Shown: positions 1-10,155 of the stretch, in pieces | Layout: each line of letters begins with the position of its first letter | Position numbering within the stretch: position 1 is the first letter of the stretch | Assembly: GCA_965277805.1 (NCBI GenBank) | Contig: OZ255842.1 | Coordinates: forward strand, 2,464,001-2,528,000 | Reading direction: 5' to 3' | Length of the DNA stretch: 64,000 nucleotides | Source: Candidatus Lustribacter sp. | GTDB lineage: Bacteria; Vulcanimicrobiota; Vulcanimicrobiia; Vulcanimicrobiales; Vulcanimicrobiaceae | Position numbers and translations under genes: made by a program | Notes under the pieces: model-generated | Database searches by the model: none | Seen by the model: only the letters and a program-made list of their open reading frames with translations | What the model was told of the DNA's origin: nothing

Positions 1-243
1 TGCCACGTCGGACGACGAAACGCCCGGATACATCGAAGCGGCCTTCCCGGCCGGATCGGCCGCGCTCGGCGTCGGTTGGGTCATGTTGAGTGCTTGGGCG
101 TGCGAACTCGCGAAGGCGGCGCCGTCGGCGCGCAATTGCTGAATGCCGATCAAACCCAGTTCCATCGTGCCGTAGAGCACGCCCAAGATGATGGCGATGG
201 TGAGCGCCGTCTCGACCAGTACCGCACCGCGTTGCCCGTTCAC
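1..243 (-). CDS. TadE/TadG-like pseudopilin (partial, runs off window start)
   Basis: Read manually, not in ORF track. GTG at 243 gives MNGQRGAVLVETALTIAIILGVLYGTMELG..., with a prepilin G|AxxxE cleavage motif and hydrophobic helix; start overlaps the Flp stop. Confidence 0.8.
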   Translation of the reverse strand, partial: MNGQRGAVLVETALTIAIILGVLYGTMELGLIGIQQLRADGAAFASSHAQALNMTQPTPSAADPAGKAASMYPGVSSSDVA

Positions 244-425
244 TGGCCGCTATGCGCCGCCGACGCCCAATTCGCGGCTTCGTTCGCGTAGAGCGAATTG
301 AGCGAAAGACCCGTGGCTTGGAGTGCGACCAGCGCGGCGATCGAGATGCCGGCTGTAATGATCGCATACTCGGTCATGGCGGCACCTTCGTCGTCGACGA
401 AGAGGCGCACGAGCGCGTAAATCAA
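240..425 (-). CDS. flp: Flp family type IVb pilin
   Basis: 61 aa with DDEG|AAMTEYAII Flp motif and hydrophobic helix; directly downstream of the secretin. Confidence 0.85.
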   Translation of the reverse strand: MIYALVRLFVDDEGAAMTEYAIITAGISIAALVALQATGLSLNSLYANEAANWASAAHSGQ

Positions 426-1849
426 CGAACGATGGCTTCGGGCGTAAGGATGAAGACGATATCGCTCTGGGAGTGCTGGTAGTTTTTCGAGCGAAAAAGC
501 TTGCCGAGGATCGGCAGGTCGCCGAGAATCGGGATCTTGGTCAATGTTTGCTGGTCGACGTGACGGATCAAACCGCCCATGATGATGCTTTCGCCGCTCT
601 GCGTGATGACGTCGGTCGACAGCTTGCTGGTCTTGAATGCCGGAACGGTGTAGCCGTTGAGCGCGACGCCGTTGGCTAAATCGAGATCGGAGATCTCGGG
701 AGCGATCTGGCTCTCGATGCTGCCGTTTCCGAGGATCTTGGGCGTAACGTTGAGCTTGACGCCGTATTCCTTGAAGCTCACCGAGACCTGACCGAGAGCC
801 GTCGACACGACGTACGGGATTTCGCCGCCGACGAGAAACGTCGCTTGCTGGCCGGGCAGTGTAACCAGATTCGGTTCGGAGAGTATTTTGGCGTGGCCCG
901 ACTGCTTGATCAAGTCGAGCGTCGGCGCCAGGCGCGTCAGCCGGCCGAAAGGCGAGATGTTGAGGGCGTTCGGCCCGGTGCCTTCGAGGCCGATGAATGA
1001 CGGCGCGCCAATGATGAAGTAGCCGGGATTGGACGGATCGGGATTCGCGCCTTGCAGGCGCAGTCCAAGTTGCGTCAGACCGGTATCATCGACTTCGAGC
1101 ACGTAGACTTTGATGGCGATCTGGGTCGTCGTATCGACGGCCAAGCGGTCGATCACTTTGCCGTCGGCGCTGAGGTACGCGCCGGCGACGCCGCCCGCTT
1201 TGGCAAGTGCCAGCTCGGCTGTCTTGCGGTCGCTAACGTTGCCACTCACGACGACATTACCCTTACCATCTAGGTCGACGTGAACGCCGGCCAGACCCGG
1301 AAGCGCGCCGATCGTCTTCTGAAGAGGGCCGAGCTGCGCCGAGACCGTGACCGCGTTGACGACATCGAACTTCTCATTTTTACTGAGGCTCGCGAAGCGT
1401 GATACCACGTCGTTTACGCGCCCGAAACGCGTGACGTCATCGACCGTGCCGCTCACCACGATCGCGCTCTTGGCCACGAAAACCACCACGTGAGGCTCAT
1501 CGATGGCGTTACGGATGACGCGCGCGTAGTCATCGAGCCGCTGCTCGGTCACGACGATCTCGTAGCTCGTTTCCATCGCTCCGCGCCACACGAGTACGCT
1601 CGTGTGGCCGTTCGCTTTACCGTTTACGAGCAATTCATTGCCGCCGACGGCGACGACGCCGGCGATGCGTGAATCGCCGATGGCCACCCGGGTGATTCCC
1701 GAAACCTCGATGGTCGTCGACTCACCGGTCGGAACGTAGATAACGCTTGGAGGCGCGTTTGACGCGGGCTCCTGCGCTAATCCGGGAACGGCGCAACTGA
1801 ATGCGACAAACGTAAGGGTAGCAATGAAACGGCGTAGTAGGGCTAACAC
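422..1849 (-). CDS. cpaC: Tad pilus secretin (CpaC/RcpA)
   Basis: Signal peptide, pilus-formation N-domain, BON-like domains, secretin motifs (LSEPNLVTLPGQQATFLVGGEIP; KIPILGDLPILGKLFRS). Confidence 0.92.
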   Translation of the reverse strand: MLALLRRFIATLTFVAFSCAVPGLAQEPASNAPPSVIYVPTGESTTIEVSGITRVAIGDSRIAGVVAVGGNELLVNGKANGHTSVLVWRGAMETSYEIVVTEQRLDDYARVIRNAIDEPHVVVFVAKSAIVVSGTVDDVTRFGRVNDVVSRFASLSKNEKFDVVNAVTVSAQLGPLQKTIGALPGLAGVHVDLDGKGNVVVSGNVSDRKTAELALAKAGGVAGAYLSADGKVIDRLAVDTTTQIAIKVYVLEVDDTGLTQLGLRLQGANPDPSNPGYFIIGAPSFIGLEGTGPNALNISPFGRLTRLAPTLDLIKQSGHAKILSEPNLVTLPGQQATFLVGGEIPYVVSTALGQVSVSFKEYGVKLNVTPKILGNGSIESQIAPEISDLDLANGVALNGYTVPAFKTSKLSTDVITQSGESIIMGGLIRHVDQQTLTKIPILGDLPILGKLFRSKNYQHSQSDIVFILTPEAIVR

Positions 1850-2001
1850 GCTTCATAGTATATGCATCGCGATTTGATTGTGCGAGTAGTTTCGTATCGG
1901 TAGCGTATACCTGACGCCAAGAATCTGCATGCTACCTTCACAGACGTGATCTCGACGGATAGACTGACTGCAGAACCCAACGCCGTACTGGAGTTACCGC
2001 C

Positions 2002-2694
2002 TTGATCCAACGTCTTCTCGTGTTTACTTTAGCCGCCACGTGCGCACTGACGAGTTCGGTGAGCGCGAGCGACGACCGTGCACTTGCGAGCGTTGCGGCA
2101 GCCGATGGCTTCACCTACGCCTGGTTACCGACCGAATCCGGAGTAATGTTGACGCGCCCCGGCATCCGAGTCGTCCTGCGTCCAGGGCGTCTCTACTATG
2201 AAGTCAACAACGCGACGCCGATCGCCGATCGCGCTCCGACCTTTAACGGTGACGATCTGATGATCTCGCCGGCACTCGCAACCCGCCTTCACGAAATCGC
2301 CGCCGAACGCAATACCCCGATCGTAGCCTCGGTTCCCATCGAACGCGTTCCCGTCATCTCGCGACCGGTTACGATCGCGACCCGCTTAGTTCCGGGCCGC
2401 CTGGCCCTCATCGCCAGCGGTAGCGGCACTCCGAATACATCGATCACCATCACGCTCACCGGCGAAATCAGCTCGGATCTTCCGATCGTCACGATTCGCC
2501 GCAGCACGGTCGCCCTCGATGCGAACGGCACGTATTCCATCGAGATGGGTTACGGACCCGACGCGCATCCCGGCACAAAGATCACCGCGACGGCGGCTTC
2601 GGCCACCGGAACGGGTCGCGCAACGGCGCAGCTTGTCGTCGACGGTTCAACCGGCGTAACGGCAACGAGCCTCGATGCGTGGCCGAAAAACTAA
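2002..2694 (+). CDS. Secreted protein with copper-amine-oxidase N-terminal (stalk)-like domain
   Basis: TTG start after GGAG; signal peptide; VVLRPGRLYYEVNN...APTFNGDDLMIS pattern. Confidence 0.55.
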   Translation: MIQRLLVFTLAATCALTSSVSASDDRALASVAAADGFTYAWLPTESGVMLTRPGIRVVLRPGRLYYEVNNATPIADRAPTFNGDDLMISPALATRLHEIAAERNTPIVASVPIERVPVISRPVTIATRLVPGRLALIASGSGTPNTSITITLTGEISSDLPIVTIRRSTVALDANGTYSIEMGYGPDAHPGTKITATAASATGTGRATAQLVVDGSTGVTATSLDAWPKN

Positions 2695-2722
2695 TCACAC
2701 ACTCTCTCCAAAGGAAATCATC

Positions 2723-2884
2723 ATGCTTAAGAATATCAGCAATGTCCTCACCAACGAAGACGGCGCCACGCTCGTCGAATACGGTCTCGTCGTCGCCCTC
2801 ATCGCCGCAGTCGCGGTCGTTGCCGTCACGCAACTCGGCGCCAAAGTCAACACCACGTTCACGAACATCACCAAACTACTCTAA
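2723..2884 (+). CDS. flp: Flp major pilin
   Basis: AAGGAAA RBS then ATG 2723; NEDG|ATLVEYGLVVALIAAV canonical Flp motif; 53 aa. Confidence 0.95.
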   Translation: MLKNISNVLTNEDGATLVEYGLVVALIAAVAVVAVTQLGAKVNTTFTNITKLL

Positions 2885-2900
2885 ACGAAGGAAACAAATA

Positions 2901-2943
2901 CGAGCCGTCCGTTCGAAGAACGAACGTCCGGCTCGTCTTTCTT
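2901..2943 (+). terminator. Stem-loop/intrinsic terminator after major pilin
   Basis: CGAGCCG-TC-CGTTCG-AAGAA-CGAACG-TC-CGGCTCG followed by TCTTTCTT. Confidence 0.65.
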
Positions 2944-2945
2944 AC

Positions 2946-3458
2946 ATGAACGTCGCACTCTCGCTCTTCGTTACCGCCTGTGTCATCGCGTGCGTGACCG
3001 ATAGCCGCGCGCGCCGCATACCAAACGCTCTGACCTACAGCGCGATCGTTTTAGCACTCTTTTTCGCCGCGTTCCATGGGCCGTTGTTCTTTGCCGAAGC
3101 CCTCGGCGCCGTCTTGCTCACGCTGCTCATCGGCAGCATCCTTTTGGGCTTGGGCTGGCTCGGCGGCGGCGATATCAAGCTGCTGGCGGCCGGCGCGGCC
3201 ACGATCGGCTTCCCGTCATTCATCGTGGTGCTCGGCTACATCGCTATTGCCGGCGGCCTCTTCGCGGCAATTACCGCCGCACGCGACGGGCGCCTGCGCA
3301 CGGTCGTCACGCACCTCGCCTATAGCTTCGCCGGAAAAACCAAAATCGTCGCCGACCCGCTCGCCCGCCGCGTGCCGTACGCGTTCGCGATCTGTGCCGG
3401 TACCTGTTACTACGCCGCCTCCGAAAGTATCGCACCATGGTTGCAGTTCGTTCGCTGA
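2946..3458 (+). CDS. cpaA: Prepilin peptidase CpaA/TadV (A24)
   Basis: TDSRARRIPN and GGGDIKL aspartyl motifs; VPYAFAI; multi-TM; ATG at 2946. Confidence 0.92.
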   Translation: MNVALSLFVTACVIACVTDSRARRIPNALTYSAIVLALFFAAFHGPLFFAEALGAVLLTLLIGSILLGLGWLGGGDIKLLAAGAATIGFPSFIVVLGYIAIAGGLFAAITAARDGRLRTVVTHLAYSFAGKTKIVADPLARRVPYAFAICAGTCYYAASESIAPWLQFVR

Positions 3459-4303
3459 ACAAGCGCTCGACAACGATCCTCATCGCCGTCGTCCTCGCGC
3501 TCGGCACGGGATTGCTGCTGTTCAATTATCTCAACACCGTCTCGCATACGGCCCAAGCCGCTCCGATGCGCACCGTCGTCGTCGCAACGCACGAAATCCA
3601 GCCGCGCACGATCATCACGCCGGAAATGGTCACGCTCGCCGATCGCTCGCAAGACGCCGTCGATCCCGACGTGAGCACGAGCCTCGGCGCAGTTGTCGGC
3701 CAGATGGCCTTTATCGATATCCCAGCCGGATCGTCGCTCTCCACCGCCAAGATCGGACACCTCGCTGCGGGCGGCTTGACGATGCGCGTTCCGGTCGGCC
3801 AACGCGCGATGAGCATCGCGCTCGATCCGGTCAAGGGCGTCGCCGATCTGCTCCAGGCCGGCGACCACGTTGACGTCATTGCCGTCACGCAACCCCGTGG
3901 TTCGGGCGAAGTGCCCCGCGTGGCCACGATCCTGCGTGACAAAGTCGTCCTCGCGATGGGCTCGACGATGCAGGCTCCCGCAGCCGGTGTCGTTGCCGCG
4001 GCCGCTTCGAATGCCACCTCCGCCGGCGAGACGGCCGTGCAAACGGCGACACTTGCGGTGCTCCCCCACGAAGCAGCCATTCTTGCGCTGGCCGATCTCA
4101 ACGCAACGCTGCGTTTGACGCTGCGTTCGCCGCGCGAATCTAACCATACCGAAACGCCCGACGCATTCGTCCTCGACGCTCCCGCCGTGGCGCGCGTCGC
4201 CGCCGCGCCGGCCCCCGCCGCCGCGCCGGCGGCACCGGCGGCAGCCGCGCCGCGCAAAGCACCGCGCGGCATTCCGTTCATCGACGGCGACCAAGTCCGA
4301 TGA
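3437..4303 (+). CDS. cpaB: Flp pilus assembly protein CpaB/RcpC
   Basis: N-terminal TM, SAF domain (VVVATHEI), RAMSI...GVADLLQAGDHVDVI motif. Confidence 0.92.
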   Translation: MVAVRSLNKRSTTILIAVVLALGTGLLLFNYLNTVSHTAQAAPMRTVVVATHEIQPRTIITPEMVTLADRSQDAVDPDVSTSLGAVVGQMAFIDIPAGSSLSTAKIGHLAAGGLTMRVPVGQRAMSIALDPVKGVADLLQAGDHVDVIAVTQPRGSGEVPRVATILRDKVVLAMGSTMQAPAAGVVAAAASNATSAGETAVQTATLAVLPHEAAILALADLNATLRLTLRSPRESNHTETPDAFVLDAPAVARVAAAPAPAAAPAAPAAAAPRKAPRGIPFIDGDQVR

Positions 4304-6402
4304 ACGCACCGGTTTCCGTCATCATCCCGACCAAGGGCGGCGTCGGCTCGACGACGATCTGCGTCGATACGATGACGGCCATTGCGAAGTCGCACAACGT
4401 CGGTCTCGTCGACGGCGACTACGCCGCCCGGCGCAGCGTGGCCGTGCTCACCGATATGGTCCGGGCAATCGACGCCAACCGCACGAGCACCCACATCTCA
4501 TCGGCGACCAAAAACCGCATGACGGTAGTCGAGATGGCATCGTCCCTCGACGGCGCATTCACGCTGGCTCCGGCCGATGTCGAGCACATTGCCTCATCGC
4601 TCGAAGAGGCGTGCGACGCTATCCTCGTCGATGCGCCGCAGCCCTACGCCAACACCATCCGGCCCTTCATCCGGCGCGCCGGCCGCTTCATCTTGGTCGT
4701 CGAACCCACCGTGCTGGGTCTGACGACCGCCCGGCTCGGCCAAATCCAGCTCGAGCGTTTTGGCGTCACCCGCGCCCACCAGCTCATCGTCGTCAGCGGC
4801 CGCGTCCCGAAATCGGAGGTGTCGCGGAGCGACATCGAAGCCACGCTCGGCACCCGGGCCATTATCGAGATCGCAAACCGTAACGATCGCAAGTACGAGA
4901 AATCGATCGAAGCCTTCGCGGCGATCCTGCTCAAACCGTCCGAACTCGGCGTTCCCGAAAGCCTGAAGCCCTCGTCATCCGCCCCCATCGGCGACCGCCG
5001 AGGCGCACGCCGCCGGCCCGAAGGCACGTCGGCCGCCGACCGCGTCGCGACCTCGGACGCCGCCCCGCGCAAGGTGACACCTATTGCCGCCGCGCCGACG
5101 CGCCAGAAGAGCGCACGCGAGCAGTTGAAGTTTGATATCAGCGCAGAGATCGCGAAACGGATGGATTTCAGCGATACGACGCGCGGCGTCGATGACGCCG
5201 GCAAACTCTCCGAACTCCGCATCCAAGTCCGCGAGCTGGTAGGTGAACTCTTGCGCGATCATGCCGATGTCGGCAGCGCCGAAGACGTCGCCGCGCTACA
5301 GATCGAAATCATCGACGAAGCCCTCGGCCTCGGTCCGCTCGAGAGCTTGCTGCGCGACCATACGGTTACCGAAATCATGGTCAACGGGCCCGATCACATC
5401 TTTGTCGAGCGCCTGGGCAAGATCGAAACTACCAGCAAGCGCTTCAACGATAAGAAGCATCTCCGCACGATCATCGAGCGGATTATCGCGCCGATCGGCC
5501 GCCGAATCGACGAAGCGTCGCCCATGGTCGATGCGCGCCTCGCCGACGGTTCGCGCGTCAACGCGGTCGTCGAGCCGCTGGCGCTCGACGGTGCAACGCT
5601 CACGATTCGCCGCTTCCCCGAACGGCGCATGGAAGCGAGCGATCTGATCGGCATCGGCGCGATCACCCCGGAACTCGTGGACTTTCTGCGCGCCGCAGTC
5701 GAAGCCCGGTTGAACATTGTCGTTGCCGGCGGCACCGGTTCGGGTAAGACGACCTTCTTGAACGTCCTCTCGAGCTTTTTGCCTACCACCGAACGAATCA
5801 TCACGATCGAAGACGCGGCCGAGCTTTCGCTCGCGCAAGAACACGTCGTACGGCTCGAATCCCGGCCGGCCAACATTCAAGGCGCGGGCGAAGTGCGGAT
5901 TCGCGATCTCATGCGCAACGCTCTGCGCATGCGGCCCGACCGGATCATCGTCGGCGAATGCCGCGGCGGGGAAGCACTCGACATGCTTCAAGCCATGAAC
6001 ACCGGCCACGACGGCTCGCTTACCACGATCCACGCCAACAGTTGCCGCGATGCGCTATCGCGCATCGAAACGATGGTCCTGATGGCCGGCTTCGAGTTGC
6101 CGATGCGCGCGATCCGCGAACAAATCGTCAGCGCAGTCGACATGGTGCTGCACCTCTCCCGCATGCGCGACGGTTCGCGCAAATTGAGCAGCGTTTCGGA
6201 AGTCGTCGGCCTCGAGGGCGACATCGTCACGATGCAAGAAATCGCTCGCTTCGACCAACGCGGCGTGGATAAGGACAACAAGGTCTTGGGTTCGTTCGTC
6301 TTCAGCGGCGTCCAGCCGGTTTGCCTCGACAAATTCGCGGAGTATGGCGTAAGCTACGACGTCCGCGGGCTTTCCAAGATGCCGATTGCCGCATCATGGT
6401 AG
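4300..6402 (+). CDS. cpaF: CpaE/TadZ-like MinD domain fused to CpaF/TadA pilus ATPase
   Basis: N-terminal KGGVGSTT deviant Walker A. C-terminal [35 protein letters not shown] and [14 protein letters not shown]. Confidence 0.9.
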   Translation: MNAPVSVIIPTKGGVGSTTICVDTMTAIAKSHNVGLVDGDYAARRSVAVLTDMVRAIDANRTSTHISSATKNRMTVVEMASSLDGAFTLAPADVEHIASSLEEACDAILVDAPQPYANTIRPFIRRAGRFILVVEPTVLGLTTARLGQIQLERFGVTRAHQLIVVSGRVPKSEVSRSDIEATLGTRAIIEIANRNDRKYEKSIEAFAAILLKPSELGVPESLKPSSSAPIGDRRGARRRPEGTSAADRVATSDAAPRKVTPIAAAPTRQKSAREQLKFDISAEIAKRMDFSDTTRGVDDAGKLSELRIQVRELVGELLRDHADVGSAEDVAALQIEIIDEALGLGPLESLLRDHTVTEIMVNGPDHIFVERLGKIETTSKRFNDKKHLRTIIERIIAPIGRRIDEASPMVDARLADGSRVNAVVEPLALDGATLTIRRFPERRMEASDLIGIGAITPELVDFLRAAVEARLNIVVAGGTGSGKTTFLNVLSSFLPTTERIITIEDAAELSLAQEHVVRLESRPANIQGAGEVRIRDLMRNALRMRPDRIIVGECRGGEALDMLQAMNTGHDGSLTTIHANSCRDALSRIETMVLMAGFELPMRAIREQIVSAVDMVLHLSRMRDGSRKLSSVSEVVGLEGDIVTMQEIARFDQRGVDKDNKVLGSFVFSGVQPVCLDKFAEYGVSYDVRGLSKMPIAASW

Positions 6403-7256
6403 TCGTTGCACCGTTTGCCATCATCATCGGGGCGATGGCGGCCGTCGGCCTTCTCTTCTATAGTTTCTGGGATCGCATCACGGCACCGTTATCGCGCATC
6501 TCGAAGATGTATGAAGACGACCTCGAACGCGCGGCTATCAAGATACACAGCGAGCAGATCGTGGTCGGCATCGCCGGCGTCAGCATCTCGGCCTGGCTGC
6601 TCGTCGTCGCCCTCGGCCGCCCGGGCTTTCTCGTCGCCGCTATTCTGCTGCCGCTGATGGTCGGTGCTGCGATCCTCGTCTTCCGCAGCTTCGTCCGCGG
6701 CCGGGCTGCGAAGCGCGCCAAGGCGTTCAACGAACAACTCGAAATGGTGCTGCGCATGATGAGCAGCGGACTGCGCGTCGGCCTCGGTTTGCGCCAGGCA
6801 CTCGTGCTCGTCACCGAAGACGTCGCCGATCCGGCGCGCGTCGAATTCGCCCGAGCCGTCGGCGAGACCAACATCGGCATGACGCTCAACGACGCTCTCG
6901 AAGGACTCGGCCGCCGCATGCCCTCGGACGAGCTGAGCATGATGATCGATGCGATCCGCGTGCAGTCGCAAACCGGCGGCAATCTCGCGAAAATTCTCGA
7001 CCATCTCGCTTCCACGATTAAGTCGCGCCGCGAGATCCGCCGCAAGGTCAGTGCCCTTACGGGCGAAGCGCGGGCGGGCGCCTGGGTGATCGGCATTCTG
7101 CCGATCTTCGTCGGGTCGTTCGTCATGCTCACCCAGTCGGTAATGCGTAACGCCATGCTCGGAACGACAATTGGCCATATTGGCTTTGGTCTGTTCGTCC
7201 TGCTCGAAGGCCTCGGTGTGCTGACGCTGCGCCAGATGCTCCAGTTCGAAATCTGA
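6396..7256 (+). CDS. tadB: TadB inner membrane platform protein
   Basis: T2SSF domain (LRVGLGLRQAL...QSQTGGNLAKILD); ATG 6396 overlaps the ATPase end. Confidence 0.9.
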   Translation: MVVVAPFAIIIGAMAAVGLLFYSFWDRITAPLSRISKMYEDDLERAAIKIHSEQIVVGIAGVSISAWLLVVALGRPGFLVAAILLPLMVGAAILVFRSFVRGRAAKRAKAFNEQLEMVLRMMSSGLRVGLGLRQALVLVTEDVADPARVEFARAVGETNIGMTLNDALEGLGRRMPSDELSMMIDAIRVQSQTGGNLAKILDHLASTIKSRREIRRKVSALTGEARAGAWVIGILPIFVGSFVMLTQSVMRNAMLGTTIGHIGFGLFVLLEGLGVLTLRQMLQFEI

Positions 7257-8107
7257 TGCTGATTCTACTAATTTGTCTTGGCTTCGCGGGGACCGTGTTC
7301 GCGCTGGCTTCGGTTGTACTCGGAAGCCGCAGCGACGTATCGCGCCGTGTCGCGGAACTCGAAGACACCGCGACGATACATACGCACCACCGCACCACCC
7401 CGATCGTGAAGCACCTCCTTTCCGGAGTCGATAAAACCGCGATCGCCGCGAAGCTTGCTGAAGCTGGCTGGTACAAGACGACCGTCACGCACTTCGTGCT
7501 CTCACGCGTCGTCTGCTTCGGAGTCATGGCCGGCCTCGGCGTCTTCTTCCTGATCGCAACGCAGCAACTGACCCTCGTCTTCATCGTGCTGGTCGTCGTC
7601 GCAGCTGTATTCGGCCTGACCATGCCGTCGTTCGCGCTCGATAGCGCGATCAAGAAGCGCAAGAATGCACTCGGGCGCCGCATTCCCGATTTCCTCGACA
7701 TGGTCTCGACCACCGTCGAAGCCGGGGTTGCGCTCAACTCTGCACTCGGCATTGCCACGGCATCGATCAAAGGGCCGCTCGCTCAGGAGATGGAGATGGT
7801 GCTCTCCGACATCCGCCTGGGCCGCAATCGCGCCGATGCGTTCAACGCCATGGCGCAACGGGTGCATCAAGTCGATCTATCGTCGCTCGTGATGGCAATC
7901 GTCCAAACCGAACGCTTGGGCGGCAACATCGGGCACGTGCTTGACGAGCTGGCCGATGAAGCGCGCTCGCGCAGGCTGCAGCGGGCCGAAGGCATCGCCG
8001 CTTCGCTGCCGGTCAAGATGGTGCTGCCGATGGCCTTCTTCATGCTGCCGGCACTGTTCGTCATGATTTTCGCGCCTGTCGTCGCAGAGTTGATCGGGAA
8101 GCCATGA
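7256..8107 (+). CDS. tadC: TadC inner membrane platform protein
   Basis: IPDFLDMVSTTVEAG...VKMVLPMAFFMLPALF motif. Confidence 0.9.
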   Translation: MLILLICLGFAGTVFALASVVLGSRSDVSRRVAELEDTATIHTHHRTTPIVKHLLSGVDKTAIAAKLAEAGWYKTTVTHFVLSRVVCFGVMAGLGVFFLIATQQLTLVFIVLVVVAAVFGLTMPSFALDSAIKKRKNALGRRIPDFLDMVSTTVEAGVALNSALGIATASIKGPLAQEMEMVLSDIRLGRNRADAFNAMAQRVHQVDLSSLVMAIVQTERLGGNIGHVLDELADEARSRRLQRAEGIAASLPVKMVLPMAFFMLPALFVMIFAPVVAELIGKP

Positions 8108-8718
8108 TGGTTGCGGGCGTCATCATCACCGCGATCGCTTTCGCCGCATTCGCTTACGCAGGCGCGCTAGCCGCATTGACCTACTGGTCGAGCGTTCCGC
8201 AACTGGAGGGCGGACCGGATCCCCAAACGCCGCCCGTTTACGTACTCGTCGGTACCGCGGCAGCCATCGGAGCGGTCTGCGCTCTCCACGGCGCGCCGCC
8301 CCAGACGCTGGCAATCGTTGCTGCGACCGTTGGGGTACTCGCGGCAGTCTGGTGCGTCGACGTCACGCGCGGCATCGTTCCCGACGCGTTGACGCTCGTT
8401 CCGCTCGCTGCCCTCCTCATCGCCGGCCTGCTGACCGGACGCTGGTACGTGCTGCTCGCAGCCGCGGTGCCGGCAATTCCCTTTGCGGTCATGGCATGGC
8501 GCACCAAAGGCCTGGGTCTCGGCTGGGGCGATGTCAAGCTCGTCGCGCTGGGCGGCGCGTTGCTCGGAATGCAAACCGCAATTCTTGCCTTCGCCCTCGC
8601 CGCCGTGGCCGCAATCCTAGTGGCCCGCATTCAGCGGCGCGTCTCGGAACCGCTGGCATTCGGCCCGTATCTCGTCGCAGCAATTGCCGTCCCGCTCACG
8701 ATGAGCGCCGGTTTCTGA
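8104..8718 (+). CDS. Second A24 prepilin peptidase (PilD C-terminal type)
   Basis: VDVTRGIVPD, GLGWGDVKL and LAFGPYL motifs; multi-TM. Confidence 0.85.
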   Translation: MMVAGVIITAIAFAAFAYAGALAALTYWSSVPQLEGGPDPQTPPVYVLVGTAAAIGAVCALHGAPPQTLAIVAATVGVLAAVWCVDVTRGIVPDALTLVPLAALLIAGLLTGRWYVLLAAAVPAIPFAVMAWRTKGLGLGWGDVKLVALGGALLGMQTAILAFALAAVAAILVARIQRRVSEPLAFGPYLVAAIAVPLTMSAGF

Positions 8719-8720
8719 CG

Positions 8721-9083
8721 ATGGGTTTGCTTTGCAACATCACGCGCGGCACCGTGGTCGCGCGGCACGTACGTTCGGCCGCGAACGCCTGGGAGCGCAC
8801 CGTGGGCCTGATCGGCACGCGCCACCTCCCACTCGGCGCGGGGCTGTGGCTCGAGCCGTGCGGCACGGTTCATACCGTGGGCATGCGTTTCGCCATCGAC
8901 GTTCTACTCTTGAATAAGACCGGACAGGTCCTTGCAATCGCTCCGAACGTGCCGCCGCTGCGACCGCTCGTATCACATCGGAGCGCCGCGATCGTCGTCG
9001 AATTGCCCGCCGGGTCCGCGTTGCAAAGCGTAACCGTGGGCGACGAACTAGTGCTCGTCAACGATGACACTGCCGTTGCGTGA
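8721..9083 (+). CDS. DUF192 family protein
   Basis: ERTVGLIG...GLWLEPCGTVHTVGMRFAIDVLLL...VVELPAG pattern. Confidence 0.8.
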   Translation: MGLLCNITRGTVVARHVRSAANAWERTVGLIGTRHLPLGAGLWLEPCGTVHTVGMRFAIDVLLLNKTGQVLAIAPNVPPLRPLVSHRSAAIVVELPAGSALQSVTVGDELVLVNDDTAVA

Positions 9084-9111
9084 TCGGAGCCATTTGCGGG
9101 AACACCCCAAG

Positions 9112-9297
9112 ATGGCAAACCCGGAGAACCCCAAAAACGCGAGTGCCGAGCTTGAGCGCGAGCGCGAAGACGTGGAGATTTCGCCGGCCCAACCGCTCGG
9201 CGCGGATCGCATCGATGATGACGACCGCTCCAAGCACACGCCGGCCGCGAGCCCATCGAACATAAAGCCCGATGACGGCCCACGGATGCGTCATTGA
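9112..9297 (+). CDS. Small hydrophilic hypothetical protein
   Basis: 61 aa acidic, disordered-looking ORF filling the gap; host-like codon usage. Confidence 0.45.
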   Translation: MANPENPKNASAELEREREDVEISPAQPLGADRIDDDDRSKHTPAASPSNIKPDDGPRMRH

Positions 9298-9309
9298 CCT
9301 AGCGCGGGT

Positions 9310-9711
9310 TCACTCCCGGTAGAGCTGCCCGCACGCGACCGCTCGCGAGTTGGCGTCGTTGTTGTGCACCACCACGAGGTAGTTGCCGGACAAGAGACGA
9401 TCGCGCGAAATGGTCGGCGTGGCGGTGAGCCGTCCGTTCGATAGCGTTCCGAGGCGCGCGCTAACGGGACCCGGCTGGTCGGAACATTGAAAGCCGCGAT
9501 TGATCGTCACCGCCTCCGGCTTGTTGTTCGTCCCCTTCATGTCCACGACGAGGCTGTTCGCGTTGAACAAGACCTCACCGACCTGCGCAGACGTATTCTG
9601 GGACTGGATTCCCCGGACGATGCCGGTGAGGTTCTGGTCGAGGGCCGTTTGCGCGAGCGCCGGCCCGGCGAGGGCGCCAAGCAGGGCTGCGACGAGAGCG
9701 AGTTTTAGCAT
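9310..9711 (-). CDS. Secreted CHRD/Cu-Zn-SOD-like fold protein (His ligands degenerate)
   Basis: Signal peptide; YLVVVH...AVACG C-terminal motif. Confidence 0.55.
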   Translation of the reverse strand: MLKLALVAALLGALAGPALAQTALDQNLTGIVRGIQSQNTSAQVGEVLFNANSLVVDMKGTNNKPEAVTINRGFQCSDQPGPVSARLGTLSNGRLTATPTISRDRLLSGNYLVVVHNNDANSRAVACGQLYRE

Positions 9712-9750
9712 GCCTGCTCTCTACCCGTCCCGAGCGAAACCGCTCGCTTG

Positions 9751-10155
9751 CTACCTAGACAACGAGTGCTCGGTTAGCGCGCGGCGGAACGTTTCCAGGC
9801 GAACGGGCTTTGCAAGCGCGCCGCTTATGTTGAGGCCGAGCACGGACCCTAACGCACCGACGCTGCGCAGCACGATGTTGTCGCAACCGCTCATCAGCAC
9901 GATCGGGGCGGCGAACCCGTACGCGGCCATCGCGTGCAGCAACTCGATGCCGTCCGCATCAGGCATCCGCAGGTCGAGAAAGACCAGCGTGGGGTGCCAT
10001 TCCCGCACCAGACGCAGAAAAGTGACGGGGCTGCTCGTTGACTCGACGTCGTAGCCCTCGATCGTCCCAATCTCGCGGACGCATGCGAGCACGCCCTCGT
10101 CGTCGTCGATGACGAGCAGACGCCCGGCGTCGGCACTCGCAATTGCGCGGTTCAT
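9751..10155 (-). CDS. Stand-alone response regulator receiver domain
   Basis: GGAGGTAGG RBS before ATG 10155; LLVIDDD, FLDLRMPDADG, VLMSG, AKP motifs. Confidence 0.88.
   Translation of the reverse strand: MNRAIASADAGRLLVIDDDEGVLACVREIGTIEGYDVESTSSPVTFLRLVREWHPTLVFLDLRMPDADGIELLHAMAAYGFAAPIVLMSGCDNIVLRSVGALGSVLGLNISGALAKPVRLETFRRALTEHSLSR

Noticed and set aside
4190-4260. GC-rich quasi-repeat in cpaB
   Set aside because: Encodes an ordinary Ala/Pro linker.
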